Source: Eledone cirrhosa
Taxonomy: Eukaryota
Assembly (NCBI GenBank): GCA_964016885.1
Contig: OZ024740.1
Span: forward strand, 131,936,001 to 132,000,000
Direction of reading: 5' to 3'
DNA length: 64,000 nucleotides
Shown here: positions 40,501-53,222 of the stretch, one piece after another
How the letters are laid out: the number at the start of each line of letters is the position of its first letter
Position numbering within the stretch: position 1 is the stretch's first letter
Notes under the pieces: model-generated
The model's input: only the letters and a program-made list of their open reading frames with translations
The model's database searches: none
What the model was told of the DNA's origin: nothing
Made by a program: the position numbers and the translations under genes

Positions 40501-42505
40501 AATCTTGTCATCGCCCATCAGCACTCATCTCCTCAGTGGCCGTATCTCTGTTCCAGGTATTATTTATCTCAGCATTCAGATCATTGTCTGCTTCGGGTGG
40601 TTCATCCGTTCTCTCGACCTGTTCTCCTTTATTTCCCACTGGCTCGTTTGCCTGGCATACTCCACTCTCCATCTCCAAGCTAATCTCTCTGCTCAGTTCC
40701 TCCAGTTCCAACTCGCTTATCCACCCATTAGTTATTATTACCCGAGCCTGCCCGGCCAATTTTTGTTCATCTAATTTAAATAGACCAATCTCGTTCCAGA
40801 TATTATGCATCCGTTTCCTATAGCCTTTCTCCTTGGGGGTTACTCTTCTGGTAACATTGCATAACAGCTCTATTCAATTCTTTCGTCCAGTTGGTTCTGG
40901 TCCCTTTCCTTCTTCTTCTTCCTCCGACACCAGCAGTATTTGGTTGACAGCCAGGTTCCTGCTGCTGAGCCAGGGAGCTCCTGTTGGGTGAGAGTCTGTC
41001 ACATGAGATTCTAGTCTCCATTTCACCGTTATTCGAACTGTTTAGGTTCGACATTTAAACACTCTTATCGAGGATTGGCGAATGTATGGTTACATAACCA
41101 CCGGTGAATTCATCGTCTCCGGTGGTTCCGTCACTCCACGTGATTTTTGTGTGGCATTATCACGCTGTAGACGAACATAAATAAACAAACAAACAGGCAA
41201 AAAAAAAACCAAAACTGAATAAACATAAGTTTCATTGTAATGTAATGTTTGAATATCTGACTTAGTTTTTCCCTACCCTTCTCTGTCCGTCTGTTTGTTT
41301 TTCTCTTCATTCTTATTTTCTTTACGTTTTTCGTTCTTGATGTGCTGTTTTAATTTTGATTTTTGTTTTTTTTTAGTTTGACCGGGTCATCAATTCAGTC
41401 TATTTATATATTTTGATGCCTTCCTCTTTTAGTGGGGGTTATACGATGTAGCAGGGGGTAGCGGGAGAGAATAGCCGCGGTAGTGATAATGAGGCAGTGA
41501 TGGTGGTGGTGGTGGCGGTGCTGTGCTAGCAGCAACTAGCAGGAGGTAGTGGGAGAGATTAGCGGCGGTTGCGATAAATCATTTTTAGGCAGTGGTGGTG
41601 GTGATGTGATCGTATTACTGTATTGATGGTGTTGAAGTTGGAGTAGAAATAGCGCTTGAGACGACTTAACCAGAGTTTTCATCGTGGTAGTCGTGGTGGT
41701 GTTGGTGGTGAAATTATGTTTAGTTATTTAGTCATTTTGTCATTTTCCTCCTTTTCGAGTCTAACATTCCTGATCCAAAATTAAATATTAATCTTGTTTA
41801 TTAATACTGTCTAGTAATACCGCCATCTTCCCCTTTCGTAAGTTCACAGAAGGTAATGGGGGGATAGCGGTGGTAGCAATGAAGAAGTGGTGGCGGCGGT
41901 GATGGGATAGTGGTAGTAATGATGGTTGGGCGGCGGTGGCGGTGACTGTAGTGATGGCGTTGTCGTTACTGAGTTTTGTTGAATGAACTGTATTTTTGTT
42001 TGATCGCTGAATCTATGGGGTTAGTGGCATATATGCGTTGACATATTAGCTTAATATTGGTTTAAACATTTTGTTAAAACTTGAGACAATAATAATAGTA
42101 ATTACTATTATTATGCTGAGATTGGTGGAGGTGGTGGTGAAATTGCCGTTATCTGGCTGATGTGTTTAGTGTACACAGAGGGGTGATGGAGTAGGTAGTG
42201 TATCTAGTTTCTGGTGTTGGTGAAATCGTTGTTATTTGGCTGTTCTATATAGTGTAGGCAGAGGGGGTTTTCTTCCATTTATAACCATTTTCTTTTTTGA
42301 ATATAAAATGTATAATACAAAATTGAATATTTGAGCGATATAACAATATATTATGGATCCGAATTTTTTTGGGACTCAAGCCGGATGTTTTATGAATCAT
42401 TTGTACTAAGAATTGTTATTTCACAATTGATTTAAATATGTTAAAAATCAAAACTTACGGGTGCGATTTAAACGACCTTCTACCCACCATGTGCGTCTTC
42501 TTCCC
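37553..42505 (-). mobile_element. R4/Dong-like RLE LINE family B, full length, disrupted
   Basis: Single long ORF (broken), ~1.45-kb 5' leader, (TAA)n at both ends on its own strand. Confidence 0.9.
37626..41054 (-). pseudogene. Family B ORF (RT + CCHC + restriction-like endonuclease)
   Basis: RTNWTKELNRAVMQCY (R4-type N-terminus), NYRPITCL, GIFQGDSLSP, LFMDD, CRICG..EETVAHIVSEC, WRHD, HNRPD..D; several frameshifts. Confidence 0.88.
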
Positions 42506-42524
42506 TATTATTATTTTTTTTTTT

Positions 42525-43163
42525 TTTGAGCCTCAGTCATTGATGTTAATTAACTGGAAAGTTTGTTGAAATGAATATCAAGCCACTACCTGCAGCCTCA
42601 GATATTCAGGACGTATCGGAGGGTTCTTGCTGTTCCCAGCAAGCATGCCTTTCGAAGCGTTCCAAAAAGCGTGAAGGGGTCTTTAACCATCCCTGGAAAC
42701 TTTTTGAGATAGTCCCTAGTGCGCCTATGACAATCGGGAACACCTTGACTTCTTGGCAGTTCCAAATCCTTTTTACCTCCCACTTTAAGTCCTGGTATCG
42801 GTTAATTTTCTCCCTCTCTTTCTCTTGCACTATCGTGTCGAATGGGCAGGCCACATCCACAATCAGGCACGATCTTTTTTCTTTGTCCAAAACCACCAGG
42901 TCAGGTCTATTGTGTTCCAGTTTCTTGTCAGTCTGTATCCTAAAATCCCACAGCACCTTCACCTGATCATTTTCTATCACCGACTCTGGTTTATGCTCAT
43001 ACCACTTCTCAGAATGTGGTAAATTGTTTACTTTGCATAGGTGCCAGTGGATCACCCTGCCCATCACATCATGTCTCCAGCCCTTATAGTGAGTCTAGGC
43101 TAGGGATTTACACTCGGATACAATGTGAGCCACTGTCTCCTCTCTCTCTCCACAGATCCTGCA
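42525..43163 (-). mobile_element. Family B 5'-truncated copy (RLE domain + 3' UTR)
   Basis: ORF 42606-43067 HNRPDLVV...DVACPFD...EKINRYQDL; (ATT)n at the truncation point. Confidence 0.88.
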
Positions 43164-43185
43164 CATTATTATTATTATTATTATG

Positions 43186-43221
<36 letters not shown>

Positions 43222-43439
43222 GAATGCTATGGTTGACGGAGACTCGGCTCTGTCAGGTATAGTACATTTTTAACGCTCTAACAATTGTAAATTGTTTAAA
43301 ACTTTAACGAACTTGTAGACAAAAACACACTCTTCCTCGTGAGAGGGGACTTTCTGCCCGTTATTTGGCCCTTCGGGGTTAAATTACTGCTTATTGCGGT
43401 TTTGTACCCAATATTTATTTTAAACAAAAAAAAAACAAC

Positions 43440-45180
43440 ATGGCTACGAAAAAGAAATTTCATAGGTCACTCCCACTCATTCCGTCTTCTTCTTCCTCAA
43501 TCATCACTACAGCAGAGAGAAGATTGTCTCTCTCCTTCCCTTCTTTAAATGTGTCTCTCTCCCTCCCTTCTCTTTCGCAAGCGACGAAAGAAAAGAAAAG
43601 TCTCGGGCAATGCGTGCAAGGTTTCTCCACGACGACGACGACAGCGACGAAACAGGTGTGCGGGAAATACGAAAACCCAGTTCATTCGTCTGACGTCAGG
43701 AATAATAGCAGTAGCAGCCGTAATAACAACAGCAACAGTGACAATGAAAACAACAGTAGCAGCCGCAACAGCATCACCAGCAGCATGAACGACAACAGCG
43801 TTAGCAGCAGCAACACCAACAACAACCAAAGCAACAGCGGCGGAGGTAGTAGTCGTAGTACCTGCAGCAATAACAAAAGTAACAGCAGCTCTGACGACAA
43901 CAACAACAACAGCAGCAAAGAAAAACCAATCTCATTTGCAGGTATTGCGAATAACTTGGAAACAATCCTCATAACAAATGAGGAATTAGAGGAAGCGAAG
44001 AAGATGGTGACAAAGAATGGACACCAAGCAATCTGCAAGGCAGCGGAAAATTTTTTCGAAACCCAACAGCACTGTACGGTCACGTACAGTACAGTAAGTA
44101 CAAAATCCCAACCAGGAGTGCATCGAAGCTATCCCGGATGTGATAGACTTCGATAACGGCACTCAACTGCCCATAAGTGTTGAGGGAAAACGCCCGAAAT
44201 GCTTTCGCTGTGGATCGAAGACTCAGCTCAGGGCCTTCTGCAACGAGAAGACCCCGAGAAAGGAGAAAACCCCCTTCCTTCCGAAACCGGCTCCACGGCT
44301 ACCAGCAACAGGACAAGCAGCAACCAGGAACGATAGGTCCGTGGCACCCATACCCACGCCACGGAAATCAAAAACAGCAGCAGCAGTGGAAATATTAACA
44401 ACAACAACAGCAATACCAAATGCAGCTGCAACAGAGACTCCTGTGCAAACATCACCAACAACAACAAGTCAAAGAGTGGAGCTGGTACCCCTCCCCGACC
44501 TCACAGAATCAGACATGGAGTGTGAGGTGGGAGAGGGATGGCAAAAGGTCGTAAGAAGGCACAAACGCAGAAGCAGCGCATCGTCGCCTTTGAAAAGGGA
44601 GGAAAGAAATGAGAAAAGGGTAAAGTCTACTGCAAAGAGACCCACAGCAGCAACACCACCAACACCATCACCACCCACACTAGCACCACCATCACCACCG
44701 GCGACAACCCCACCGCCAACAACACCTTCAACACCACCACCACAAGCACCAACATCGCAAACACAACAACAAAACACACACACCCAGCAACAACGACGAG
44801 AAAATAGAACAACCACACCCCACCCCCAGAAAAACAAATGCACGGCAATAAATACACACAACAAGAAACTAATGACTTACATAATTGAACACACAGACAT
44901 TTCACAACAGGACTACATAATACCAGCACCAATCAAAACGCCAACTAACATAAGACTGCTAAAAATAGCACAGAAACAATACACAAACATTAAAACGAAA
45001 TTCCCCAACGCAGTTGGTGATTTCAGGGACCTAGCAGGAACTATCAATCGAAGAGTATATTCAGACATTCTCTTAGAAGAGCCGACGACCAGCCGAAGGG
45101 ACCATTCAACGGTCCCTTCACCAGACGATCAAGTGAAAAGGGATGTAAAAACCATCCCTCCTCTACGAAAAGTACGGTAA
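43440..45180 (+). pseudogene. Tx1 ORF1 type 2 (Ser/Asn-rich N-terminus, CCHC knuckle); RRM-like region deleted near 44110
   Basis: PISFAGIANN...EELEEAKKMV; VEGKRPKCFRCGSKTQLRAFC; ends PLRKVR*. Confidence 0.8.
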
Positions 45181-45215
45181 GTGGTCTTTCCCATCTTTTC
45201 CACTCTATTTTAAAC

Positions 45216-48200
45216 ATGACCTCACTCAGAATAGGCAGCATAAATGCGCGTGGCTTGGGGTCGTCATGGAAGCAGGGTCACCTGCTCAACGACCTCAGGT
45301 CACTAAACATAGATGTAGTGGCCATCAGCGAGACCAGAATCTCCGAAGCACGGGCTTTCGCACCGATCTTTGGCGGCTACGATGTATACGCATCTCCCAG
45401 CCGTCCTGGATCGGGGGAAGGAATTGCTGTGCTTTTCGGAGAGGTTGTATCTCGCCATACGGGCCATCTTCCTGGACCCAGAGGGTAAGCTCGTGGTGCT
45501 GGACGTGACCAGCGGAGACGGGCAAACTTTCAGGCTAGTGGCCGTCTATGCCCCGACAGGAGCAGGGCGGCCTGATTTCTTCCGGCGTCTGGAGACCTTT
45601 CTTGGAACGTCCCGCTCTTTAGTGTTAGTGGGCGACTGGAACGGGATCTTAGATGCACGCTGGGACTGTGTGGGATTAGCGGATAGGGGTGGAGGGTGCA
45701 AGAGCCTCACCAACCTGTTCAGGCGTTTTGAACTGTCTGACACATACCGATTGGATTTCCCGAATGTGCCAATGTGGACTTGGACAAATCGCATTGGGTC
45801 ATCCAGATCATATCTAGATAGAGTATTTTGTAGGGAAATAGATAGGTCTAGCATAGGCTGTCCACAATTCAAGATAGTCAGCTACACGGACCACAAATTC
45901 GTGATCTGTGTGCTTGGGGTCCATCGTCAACAATAAGTGGTGGTTTGCTCTGAAAAGAGCGATTAGAATAGAATAAATTAGGTTTAGTAAGGCTTTAGCA
46001 ATAGAGAAAAATAGAGCAGAGGGAGAACTAGTTAGAAAATTAGACGAGGCCCTTAGCAAAGGCATTGCGACCGATGTGCTTGCGGCGAAATTGGCCCTTG
46101 ACCAATTCTTCAATGCAAAGCACGAAGGCTGTGTTGTCAGAGCAAGGGTGCGTGCTCTCAGACACGAGGGGACGAAAGTTGTTCAATGGGCCCGAGTGGC
46201 GGAGGCGCGTCGTGGCAACAAAGCCACGATCCGGTCTTTGGTGGACCACGACGGGCGCATGCTACTCGATCCCGGGCAAATGTGTGAAGCTTTTCAGCGA
46301 CACTTCGCTCAGCTGTTCGGGGGCAGCGGTGGGCCGGGTCGAGGGATGGACTTTAGTGTCTACCTCGACGGACTGCCGTGGCTCTCTGCAGCTGAGTCGG
46401 AGTGTTGCCTAAAGCCGATAACAGCCGCTGAAGTAAGGGAGGCAATGACTGGCTGCACAAGGGGTAAATCGCCTGGTTTGGATGGTCTGCCCTATGAACT
46501 TTACGTACATATGCCAGACTTGTTCGGAGGCCTCTTCGCCGGCGTCTACTGCAACTGGCAACAGAACGGGAGAATTCCCAGTTCTGTGAGCCGAGGAGCG
46601 GTGGCACTGTTGAGAAAGGATCCGAACAAGAGGGATAACATAGATAATTTCCGGCCCATAACTCTGCTAAACACAGAGTTCAAGATTTTGGCCAAGGTGC
46701 TAGCAAAGAGGTTGGCGCTTGTCGTTGGGGGTCTGGTGGGAGAGTCGCAGACATGCGCCATTCCCGACAGATCCATCCACGACAACCTCCACCTCATGCG
46801 ATACATCGTAGAGAGGGTAGCTAGGGAACCTGGCACGGGTGGGTCCTTGATCAATTTAGATCAGTCGAAAGCTTTCGATAGGGTCATCCATCGTTACCTA
46901 GCGGCAGTCCTGAGGGCGGCTGGTTTTGGGCCCGTCTTCAGAGGCTGGATCGCTGCCATGCACAGCGACATCTGCTCTGTGGTGAGAGTGAACGGTCACC
47001 TGTCGGAACCGTTCAACATCATGCGCTCGGTCCGCCAAGGATGTCCCCTCTCGTCCCTCTTGTACGTATTGACTCTCGAGCCATTACTGCACAAACTGGA
47101 GACGTTGAGGGGCGTCCCGCGCGAACTAGGATGCGGAAGATCCGTGTCAGCATATGCGGAAGATGTCATCGTAGTGGTGTCGAACGCCAAACACGTCGAG
47201 GCGATCGGCACTACACTAAGAGAATACGAAGCGGTGACAGGAGCAATGATCAACCAGGAAAAGTCAGTGGGCCTGCAGCTCGGCACCTGGGGAGGCAGGT
47301 CCATGCCTTCCAACAGCGTCGTCGGACGCTGGACGGACGGACCGGTTAAATTGCTAGGGGTCTGGTTCGGTCCGTACCTCCAGACGGACAAAAACTGGGA
47401 CGAGGTGACGAACAGGGTGGCTTCTCTCACCCAGAAATGGGCCGAGAGGAAGCTATCCCTGAAAGGTCGAGCGGAGGTGGCTAACGCGTACATCGCGTCC
47501 GTCATCTGCTACCGACTGACCGTCGTACCTTGTCCTAAGCCTAGCCTGACTGCGCTGGAGCGTTTGCTCTTTCGCTTTTTGTGGAAGGGACGCGCTCCGA
47601 TGGTCAGGCGGTCCATCTGTTGTCAACACCCGCTACGTGGAGGGCTGGGCATGCCGTGGCTGATGATGCGCAGGCACGCGCTCAGGCTACGATATCTCCA
47701 CCTCTACCTCGACGATGATCAGGTGTGGTTGCCGTTTGCAAGACGCGTATTTCCCCAGCTCGTTTCCTTAACGGAGCTGCAGTCCTGGGTCAAGCGAAGA
47801 CCGAGAGGGAGCGCCTGGAGACTGCAATGTCTTCAGGCGCTCACAGCCCTCGACCAATCGGGCAATGTGATCGGTGGAAACTCCACCTCGGCGTTCTATA
47901 GAGGATTAGTGGAGGGGAAGAGCGACGACGTACTTGGGGAAAATCTAGGCGTCGACGAAAATCAACTAGCCAATCTCTTCGGAAGAACTTTCGGGCCAGG
48001 GCCTATGGACAACTTCCAGAAATCTCTGGCCTGGCAGCGCTACCGAGGAGCCTTGCCAGTTCGGGATAAACTCTACAGGCATGGAGGTGCCGTCAGCTGG
48101 GCATGTCCGAGATGCGCGCAGGGCGACGAAACCGTCCTGCACCCGCTCGTCCAGTGTCCGAAAATTGCTGACTTGTGGGTTTATGTCGAACACCTGCTGT

Positions 48201-48520
48201 CGCGTTTAGGACGGATCCGGCTGTCATCTGAGTCCATCGTGAGGATTGCCCCGCCCTCCTCCTTTAGCCGGGAAGGGCAGGCAGTTTTGATCTGCATGGT
48301 GGCCATGGCGAAAGAGATAGTATGGTCGACACGTTTGAAAGGGCTGAAGACGAGCACTTACCCCTTCGGAGATGCTCTGATTGACTTTTTCAAATTTCAT
48401 TTGAAAAGGAAAATCAGAGTAGAGAGGGAAGTGCTCTCTTCCCAGTATTTTGTTGAAAGATGGGTGAGAGAAGCAAGAATGGCCCGAGTGAATGGGCCTA
48501 CTCTGAGTATATATCTGTAA
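45216..48520 (+). pseudogene. Tx1 ORF2, defective
   Basis: Frameshift near 45440, ~110-nt deletion near 45916, RT active site YAED instead of YADD; an 814-aa open segment spans 46076-48520. Confidence 0.9.
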
Positions 48521-48768
48521 ATTAAAAGTGGAAAACTGGGAGAGGGCACTTGCCTCGGTCGTCAGGGTCATTGTGGCTTTTTACTGGGCTTTCTCCACAA
48601 ATGTCCCTCCGAAGCCTCCCCCCTATTGGGGAATTTTTCATTGTTATTTTTTGTTACATCCTCTGTTTTTGTTTTTTACACGCAGAAATGCCCATTTGTA
48701 CCGTCCTGCATTGTCCTGCACTGTCCTTAATGTCTACTTTATGTAAACCCTTGTGGTTATTAAAGAAA

Positions 48769-48824
<56 letters not shown>

Positions 48825-51800
48825 GGCGACCTACGTAGTAAATCGTATCATCGTGAGCTCCACAAATGTTTGTTATTTCCGTTTGTTAAAAATTGTCATT
48901 TATGGAAAATTTTATTGTTAACTGTTTATAAGCGCACATACATTGTTTTCCGAAAAGGACACCCAAAAAGATTGGGGCCTAGTGCCCAAAATTTAAACTT
49001 TTATTATTATCAAAAAGATTTCTTTGAAAAAAATGGCTAATTCACCTCTGCACGAAGCAACTGAAAGCCTTCCTCACAAATTAACACCTCACACCGACAC
49101 CACCATTGTAAATGTTACTACGTTTGCCAACACAAAAAAAAATATAAGCACTAGCAATATTTTAAATTTGCCTCAGGCAGACATTCATTTCCCGCCATTA
49201 CCAATGACTGCAGGTGTTAAAGCCTCCACCACCACCACCACCGCGACAACCACCACCACCACCACCACCACCACCACCACCACCACCACCAACGCGACAA
49301 CAGAAACAATAGAAAAAACAAATAAATTAACTCGTGATGTCGAAATGAAATCAAGCAAAATGGACTCTTCCCCACCAAAGACGACTGACGTCACCACCAC
49401 CACAACTGAAACTAAAATTAATATTAACACAAATAACGATAGCAACAACAACAACAATGACATTATAAAAACGCCCCTCAGTTTTGCAATAGTAGCAAAA
49501 CAGTTCGAAGCATATGCGGTAACTCTGGAGGATTTAGAAAATGCCAAACAAATGGTAAAGAAAGATGGGTACAGGGTCAGCCTAACCCCCCCCCCCCCCA
49601 CCACCACCACCACCACCACCACCACACACCTAATAAAGTGGAGCATCGGCGCCTATGCACCGTGTCGTATAGAACAATAAATGTAAAATCGCGCCGAGTG
49701 GAACGGGCATCCGAGTCCCAAATACAAAAAAGCTTTGGGACATGTGTGGGCAAGAAAAACCCACATCAGACGTGGGCAAAAGTATGGAACAGTGGACGTG
49801 TTCTTTGAAACACCAGAGGAGGCTAGAGAACACTCCATGGCCCCATTAAAAATTGACGATTTCACACTCGTCCCAAGCTATTGTGGCCAGAGTCTCGTAA
49901 AGATCAGAGTGACCCACGTTCCACCGGCCATCGAAATTCCCTGGCTAATAGCGGCTGTCCTCGCCGGCATCGAAGCCAACACGAAAATAATAGCAATAGC
50001 AAAAGAAAAGCAGGAAAACTGGTCCGGATCTGGGATGGAGCTCCTGATCCAAGCGGACCAAAAAAGCATTGAGGAGATCCCAGAGGTAATAGACCTCACT
50101 GACGGTAGCCACCTCACGGTAATTGTCGAGGGCAGAAGACCTAGGTGTGTCGTTTGTGGTGAAGGAACCCACCTAAGGGCTTTCTGCCCTCAGGCTAAAA
50201 GGTTGAGGCCACCTCTCCTACCCACCCCAGTGACACAACCATCAACACCACCAGTAGCAGAGATGGTAGCAACAACTGTAGCAGCAACAACAGAAGCAAC
50301 TGTAACAGCAACAAGCCCAGCAACAGTAGCAGAACCAACACCACCACCACCCAACGCTTCAGAACTAGCACCAGCGCCTACACCATCCACCACACCTCAA
50401 CCAAAACTAACGGCTGTGGAGGATTTTCCACTCACCGGCCTATCACAACTGGAGACAGATTGTGACGACGAGGAGTGGGAAACGATATCCGGAAAAAAAA
50501 AAAGAAACCAAAAAAGAAAAAATTCTCTTCCTTCCCCCTCCAAAAACAAAATACAGAGGGAAACAAATAAACTAAGAAACAAAAAAGTTAGGACAGATAT
50601 GCCACCATCCACACCAGCATCACCAACCCCATCAACCCAAACACCAACACCATCACCATCATTAACTCCAACACCACCATCACCTACACCACAAAAGTCA
50701 CCAAAATGCGAAACAGAAACAAACCCACAACAAACGCAAACAAAACAAAACAACCAAAACGATACACACTACACAGCATTACATTTGAACAACAAGCAAT
50801 TATTACACTACATCCAACACAACACCAGCATCACAGAAAAAGACTACACAACAACCCCAAAATCCACACCACCTCCACACATACAAATCACTCGCATCAC
50901 ACAGAAAACGTACATGACACTAAAACAAAAATTCCCCAAAGACATCGGAGACTTCCGACAAGCACTCTCCAGGAGGATTTATAAGGACATCCTTCCTGAG
51001 GAGGCCACAAGCAGTGAAAAGGATGGAAAAACAGTCCTTCCCCTACGAGAAGTAAGGTAAGTGGTCTTTCCCATCTTTTCCACTCCTTTTCAACATGACC
51101 TCACTCAGAATAGGCAGCATAAATGCGCGTGGCTTGGGGTCGTCATGAAAGCAGGGCCACCTGCTCAACGACCTCAGGTCACTAAACATAGATGTAGTGG
51201 CCATCAGCGAGACCAGAATCTCCGAAGCGCAGGCTTTCGCACCGATCTTCGGCGGCTACGATGTGTACGCATCTCCCAGCCGTCCTGGATTGGGGGGAGG
51301 AGTTGCTGTGCTTTTTCGGAGAGGTTTGGATCTTGCCATACGGGCCATCTTCCTGGACCCAGAAGGGAAGTTGGTGGTGCTGGACGTGACCAGCGGAGAC
51401 GGGCAAGCTTTCAGGTTAGTGGCCGTCTATGCCACGACAGGAGCAGGGCGGCCTGATTTCTTGACTCTCGAGCCATTACTGCACAAACTGGAGACGTTGA
51501 GGGGGGTCCCGCGCGAACTAGGATGCGAAAGATCCGTGTCAGCATATGCGGACGGACGGACCGGTTAAATTGCTAGGGGTCTGGTTCGGTCCGGACCTCC
51601 AGATGGACAAAAACTGGGACGAGATGACGAGCAGGGTGGCTTCTCTCACCCAGAAATGGGCCGAGAGGAAGCTATCCCTGAATGGTCGAGCGGAGGTGGC
51701 GAATGCGTACATCGTATCCGTCATCTACTACCGCCTGACCGTCGTACCTTGTTCTAAGCCCCGCCTGACTGCGCTGGAGCGTTTGTGGAAGGGACGCGCT

Positions 51801-52966
51801 CCGATGGTCAGGCGGTCCATCTGCTGTCAACACCCGCTACGTGGAGGGCTGGGCATGCCGTGGCTGATGATGCGCAGACACGCGCTCAGGCTACGACATC
51901 TCCACCTCTTCCTCGACGGTGATCAGGTGTGGTCGCCGTTTGCTAGACACGTTTTTCCCCAGCTCGTCTCCTTGACGGAGCTGCAGTCCTAAGTCAAGCG
52001 AAGACCGAGAGGGAGCGCTTGGAGACTGGAATGTCTTCAGGCGCTCACAGCCCTCGACCAATCGGGCAATGTGATCGGTGGAAACTCCACCTTGGCGTTC
52101 TATAGGGGATTAGTGGAGGGGAAGAGCGACGACGTACTTGGAGAAACTCTAGGCGTCGACGAAAATCAACTAGCCAATCTCTTCGGAAGGACATTCGGGC
52201 CGGGGCCTATGAACAACTTCCAGAAATCCCTGGCCTGGCAGTGCTACCGAGGAGCTTTGCCAGTTCGGGATAGACTCTACAGGCATGGAGGTGCCGTCAG
52301 CCGGGCATGTCCGAGATGCGCGCAGGGCGACGAAACCGTCCTGCACGCACTCGTCCAGTGTTCGAGCATTGCTGACTTGTGGGTTTATGTCGAACACCTG
52401 CTGTCACGTGTAGGACGGATCCAGCTATCAGCTGAGTCCATCGTGAGGATTGCCCCGCCCCCTTCCTTTAGCCGGGAAGGGCAAGCAGTTTTTATCTGTC
52501 TGGTGGCCATGGCGAAAGAGATAGTATGGTGGACACGTTTGAAAGGGCTGAAGACGAGCACTTACCTCTTCGGTGATGCCCTGATTAACTTTTTCAAATT
52601 TCATCTGAAAAGGAAAATCAGGGTAGAGAGGGAAGTGCTCTCTTCCCAGCATTTTGTTGAAAGATGGGTGAGAGAAGCAAGTATGGCCCGAATGAATGGG
52701 CCTTCTCTGAGTATGTGTCTGTAAATTAAAGGTGGAAAACTGGGAGAGGGCACTTGCCCTGGTGGTCAGGGCCACTGTGGTCTTTTAATGGGCTTTCTCC
52801 ACAAATGTCCCTCGGAAGTCTCCCCCCTATTGGGGAATTTTTCTTTGTTATTTTATTTCATCCTCTGTTTTTTTACACGCAGAAATGCCCATTTATACCG
52901 TCCTGTATTGTCCTGTACTGTCCTTAATGTCTACTTTATGTAAACCCTTGTGGTTAATAAAGAAAA
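48825..52966 (+). mobile_element. Tx1-clade LINE copy 3 (ORF1 type 1), large ORF2 deletions
   Basis: Same 5' end GGCGACCTACGTAG as copy 1; early TGA in ORF2; deletions near 51460 (~1.6 kb), 51550 (~175 nt) and 51785 (15 nt); (TTA)n flanks. Confidence 0.92.
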
Positions 52967-53005
<39 letters not shown>

Positions 53006-53006
<1 letters not shown>

Positions 53007-53195
53007 AGGGCGGTGGATTGGCAGTATCGGTAGAGGGTCGGCCGCCATGCTTTGACGCATAGAGTTACGGCCCTCGCCATTCTGAGTTCAAATCCCGCCG
53101 AGGTTTACTTTGCCTTTCATCCTTACGGGGTCGATAAAATAAAGTACCAGTAATACACTGGGTAATTTGCTGGCCTTGTGCCTAAAGTAGAAACA
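53006..53195 (+). mobile_element. tRNA-derived SINE inside (TTA)n
   Basis: A/B boxes, same core and tail as 10022-10233; (TTA)n on both sides. Confidence 0.9.
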
Positions 53196-53222
53196 ATTAT
53201 TATTATTATTATTATTATTAAT

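Larger units (their letters stand above)
43222..48770 (+). mobile_element. Tx1-clade LINE copy 2, different 5' UTR/ORF1, internally deleted
   Basis: (TTA)n on both sides. ORF2 is closely similar to copy 1, while ORF1 is only distantly similar. Confidence 0.92.

Noticed and set aside
53006-53100. tRNA gene
   Set aside because: A/B boxes are present but no convincing cloverleaf, and the sequence continues into the SINE core.
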